A DNA stretch of 64,000 bases from Planctomycetota bacterium. GTDB taxonomy: Bacteria; Planctomycetota; UBA1135. Positions 62,254 to 64,000 of the stretch are shown here, piece after piece (the stretch's first letter is position 1; every line of letters begins with the position of its first letter). The position numbers were made by a program, and so were the translations under genes. The stretch is from the NCBI GenBank assembly GCA_045047305.1, contig JASFYO010000036.1, positions 14,326 to 78,325 of the forward strand, in the 5' to 3' direction. Under the pieces are notes generated by a model. It had not been told where the DNA came from, ran no database searches, and worked only from the letters and a program-made list of their open reading frames with translations.

Positions 62254-62967
62254 ATGACTGCAGATACCGCTGCCGTATTAGTCGCCGCCGGCCGAGGTCG
62301 TCGCATGGGGGGCATAAACAAAGCTCTCTTACGCCTAGGAGAGCGTCCGCTGCTGGATTACAGCCTTCGGACCCTGCTCGCGTCGCCATCGATTGGGCGC
62401 ATTGTTTTAGTCATGAACGCGATGGACTTGCAGCGCTTCACCGACGAATGGCACTGCACACCAAGCGAAATGGGAGTCGACGAAATCGTTGCAGGAGGCT
62501 CCGAACGCTGGCTATCAAGCCAAAATGGTTGCATAGCTGCAGGCAAGGATTTCCCCTACCTTTTGGTCCACGATGCAGCGCGCCCCCTGCTTCAGGCAAG
62601 CGATTTGGAATCCGTGCTTCAAGCCGCACGCAAAACCGGTGCTGCCCTTGCTGCCGAGCCACTTGCAGACACGCTCAAGCAAAGTTGCACCGATACCCGA
62701 GTGCAGACCACGGTTCCGCGTGAAGGTTTATGGCGCGCGCAAACCCCGCAAGTCGCGAAAACGGAATGGATGCTGCAAGCCTTTGCTGATTGGAACCCCG
62801 CGGTCGACGGCCTCCCCACCGATGAATCCATGATGCTCGAAAAAATTGGGCATCCAGTCGAGTTAGTTCCCTGCCAGGGACCCAACTTCAAAATCACTTT
62901 ACCGCGCGACTTACTTCTCGCCGAAGCCTTGATGCGTGAAACCCAAGCTGTGCAACATGATTCCTGA
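62254..62967 (+). CDS. ispD: 2-C-methyl-D-erythritol 4-phosphate cytidylyltransferase
   Basis: ATG 62254 gives MTADTAAVLVAAGRGRRMGGINKALLRLGERPLL. The upstream part of the track ORF overlaps the divergent gene. Confidence 0.88.
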   Translation: MTADTAAVLVAAGRGRRMGGINKALLRLGERPLLDYSLRTLLASPSIGRIVLVMNAMDLQRFTDEWHCTPSEMGVDEIVAGGSERWLSSQNGCIAAGKDFPYLLVHDAARPLLQASDLESVLQAARKTGAALAAEPLADTLKQSCTDTRVQTTVPREGLWRAQTPQVAKTEWMLQAFADWNPAVDGLPTDESMMLEKIGHPVELVPCQGPNFKITLPRDLLLAEALMRETQAVQHDS

Positions 62968-63442
62968 TTCTGTTCCCCGCATAGGATTGGGTTGGGATCG
63001 CCATTCCTTAGTGGAAAACCGTCCCTGCATTTTGGGTGGAGTTCCTATTCCCAATGCCGTCGGCCCCAGTGGCCACTCCGATGCCGATGTCCTCCTGCAT
63101 GCGCTTTGCGATGCCCTGCTTGGCGCCGCCGGTCTAGATGATCTCGGCACCATGTTTCCGGACGCGGAGCCACAATGGAAAGGTGCAGCCAGCACCCAGT
63201 TTGTCGAGGCCGCGATGAAGTTACTGCGCGCCAAAAAACTGCAAGTCGCTTCCGCCGACCTAGTAGTCATCTGCGACACTCCAAAGTTATCTCCACACCG
63301 TGACGTAATCCGAGAGAACTTAGCGCAAATGCTGGAGCTACCTGTGGACCGCGTCAACCTGAAGGGCAAGACCACGGAAGGTGGTTCTGGCGGCGCGATT
63401 GAAGTGCAGGCAGTGGTCTTGCTGGTCAACCGAAACGACTAA
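62957..63442 (+). CDS. ispF: 2-C-methyl-D-erythritol 2,4-cyclodiphosphate synthase
   Basis: Motifs are RIGLGWDRHSL and GHSDADVLLHALCDALLGAAGLDDLG. It overlaps ispD by 11 nt in a different frame, so the two are not fused. Confidence 0.88.
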   Translation: MIPDSVPRIGLGWDRHSLVENRPCILGGVPIPNAVGPSGHSDADVLLHALCDALLGAAGLDDLGTMFPDAEPQWKGAASTQFVEAAMKLLRAKKLQVASADLVVICDTPKLSPHRDVIRENLAQMLELPVDRVNLKGKTTEGGSGGAIEVQAVVLLVNRND

Positions 63443-64000
63443 GCAGGGGTTTCCGCATCAGGCGAACCCACTTGTAGTGCCCACATTTTGGCGTAGCTAC
63501 CACCGCGTCCGAGCAAGTCATCATGCGAACCGCTTTCGATGATGCGCCCACCTTCTAGAACCAAAATCTTATCGGCGCTGCGAATGGTGCCGAGGCGATG
63601 CGCAATCACAAAGGTGGTGCGACCTTCCATCAGGTTTTCCAAAGCCTCTTGCACTTTACGTTCGGATTCTGAATCTAGAGCACTGGTAGCTTCGTCGAGG
63701 AGCAGGACATCGGCATCCTTGAGCAGGGCGCGGGCAATCGTCACACGTTGCGCTTGACCGCCGCTTAAGCGCGCACCAGAGTCACCAACTTGGGTATCCA
63801 AGCCATCTGGCATCTGCTCCAAAGTATCCATTAAGTTAGCCGCCTTACATGCAGCCAGAATGGCTTCTTCACTGGCATCCAGAGTGCCGTAGCGAATGTT
63901 ATCGCGGATGGATGCCTGAAACAGGAATGGCTGTTGCTGCACCACCGCGAGATGATCCATCCAATCTCCCTTGCGCAGATCGCGCAGATCGGTTCCATCC
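63439..64000 (-). CDS. ABC exporter ATP-binding domain (MsbA-like), C-terminal part; the 5' end lies beyond the right edge
   Basis: It has the Q-loop VVQQQPFLF, the signature LSGGQAQR, Walker B LLLDEATSALD and the H-loop IAHRL. The frame stays open upstream of the track Met to position 64000 (…GTDLRDLRKGDW-MDHL…). Confidence 0.85.
   Translation of the reverse strand, partial: DGTDLRDLRKGDWMDHLAVVQQQPFLFQASIRDNIRYGTLDASEEAILAACKAANLMDTLEQMPDGLDTQVGDSGARLSGGQAQRVTIARALLKDADVLLLDEATSALDSESERKVQEALENLMEGRTTFVIAHRLGTIRSADKILVLEGGRIIESGSHDDLLGRGGSYAKMWALQVGSPDAETPA

Overview
This is a dense chromosomal segment from a diderm, aerobic, probably marine bacterium. I cannot assign a phylum from sequence alone. 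GC is about 53-56% on lines I counted by hand. Roughly 60 genes are present, with no rRNA, CRISPR array, transposase or integrase.

The backbone is respiratory. A complete Na+-NQR operon (nqrABCDEF-apbE, plus strand, 6.4-13.4 kb) converges on a ~10 kb minus-strand cbb3 oxidase cluster (26.2 to 16.0 kb). That cluster runs fused ccoNO, ccoQ, monoheme ccoP, ccoG, ccoH, a DsbD_2-like protein, ccoI and ccoS. Its tail carries a YcxB-like protein, a chalcone-isomerase-like protein, a PilZ protein and, unexpectedly, the NQR maturation gene nqrM.

The rest is housekeeping: htrA, glyQS, ptsI, pepF, gpsA, plsY, ferredoxin, tRNA-Gly(GCC), purB, nadC, ruvC, ispD, ispF and an ABC exporter fragment. There is also a TonB-dependent receptor/TonB pair and an envelope-modification pair.

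Five things deserve a second look:
1. Seven signal-anchored, beta-sandwich-repeat proteins take up about 23% of the window. Two sequence subfamilies are visible, and members bracket both htrA and the nqr operon.
2. A ~2.7 kb low-GC islet (39.1-41.8 kb) looks like a phase-variable contingency locus. It holds the only two G8/C8 homopolymer tracts in the window, a perfect 3x tandem octamer that contains a start codon, a PGRS-like glycine-rich secreted protein, and frame-hopping gene remnants.
3. A protein built from four Myb/SANT-like repeats.
4. An acidic lipoprotein with 20 Cys and 15 Met.
5. A 52-codon ORF that exactly fills an unusual nqrA-nqrB spacer.

All functional calls rest on motifs I could read in the translations. 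No database search was run.
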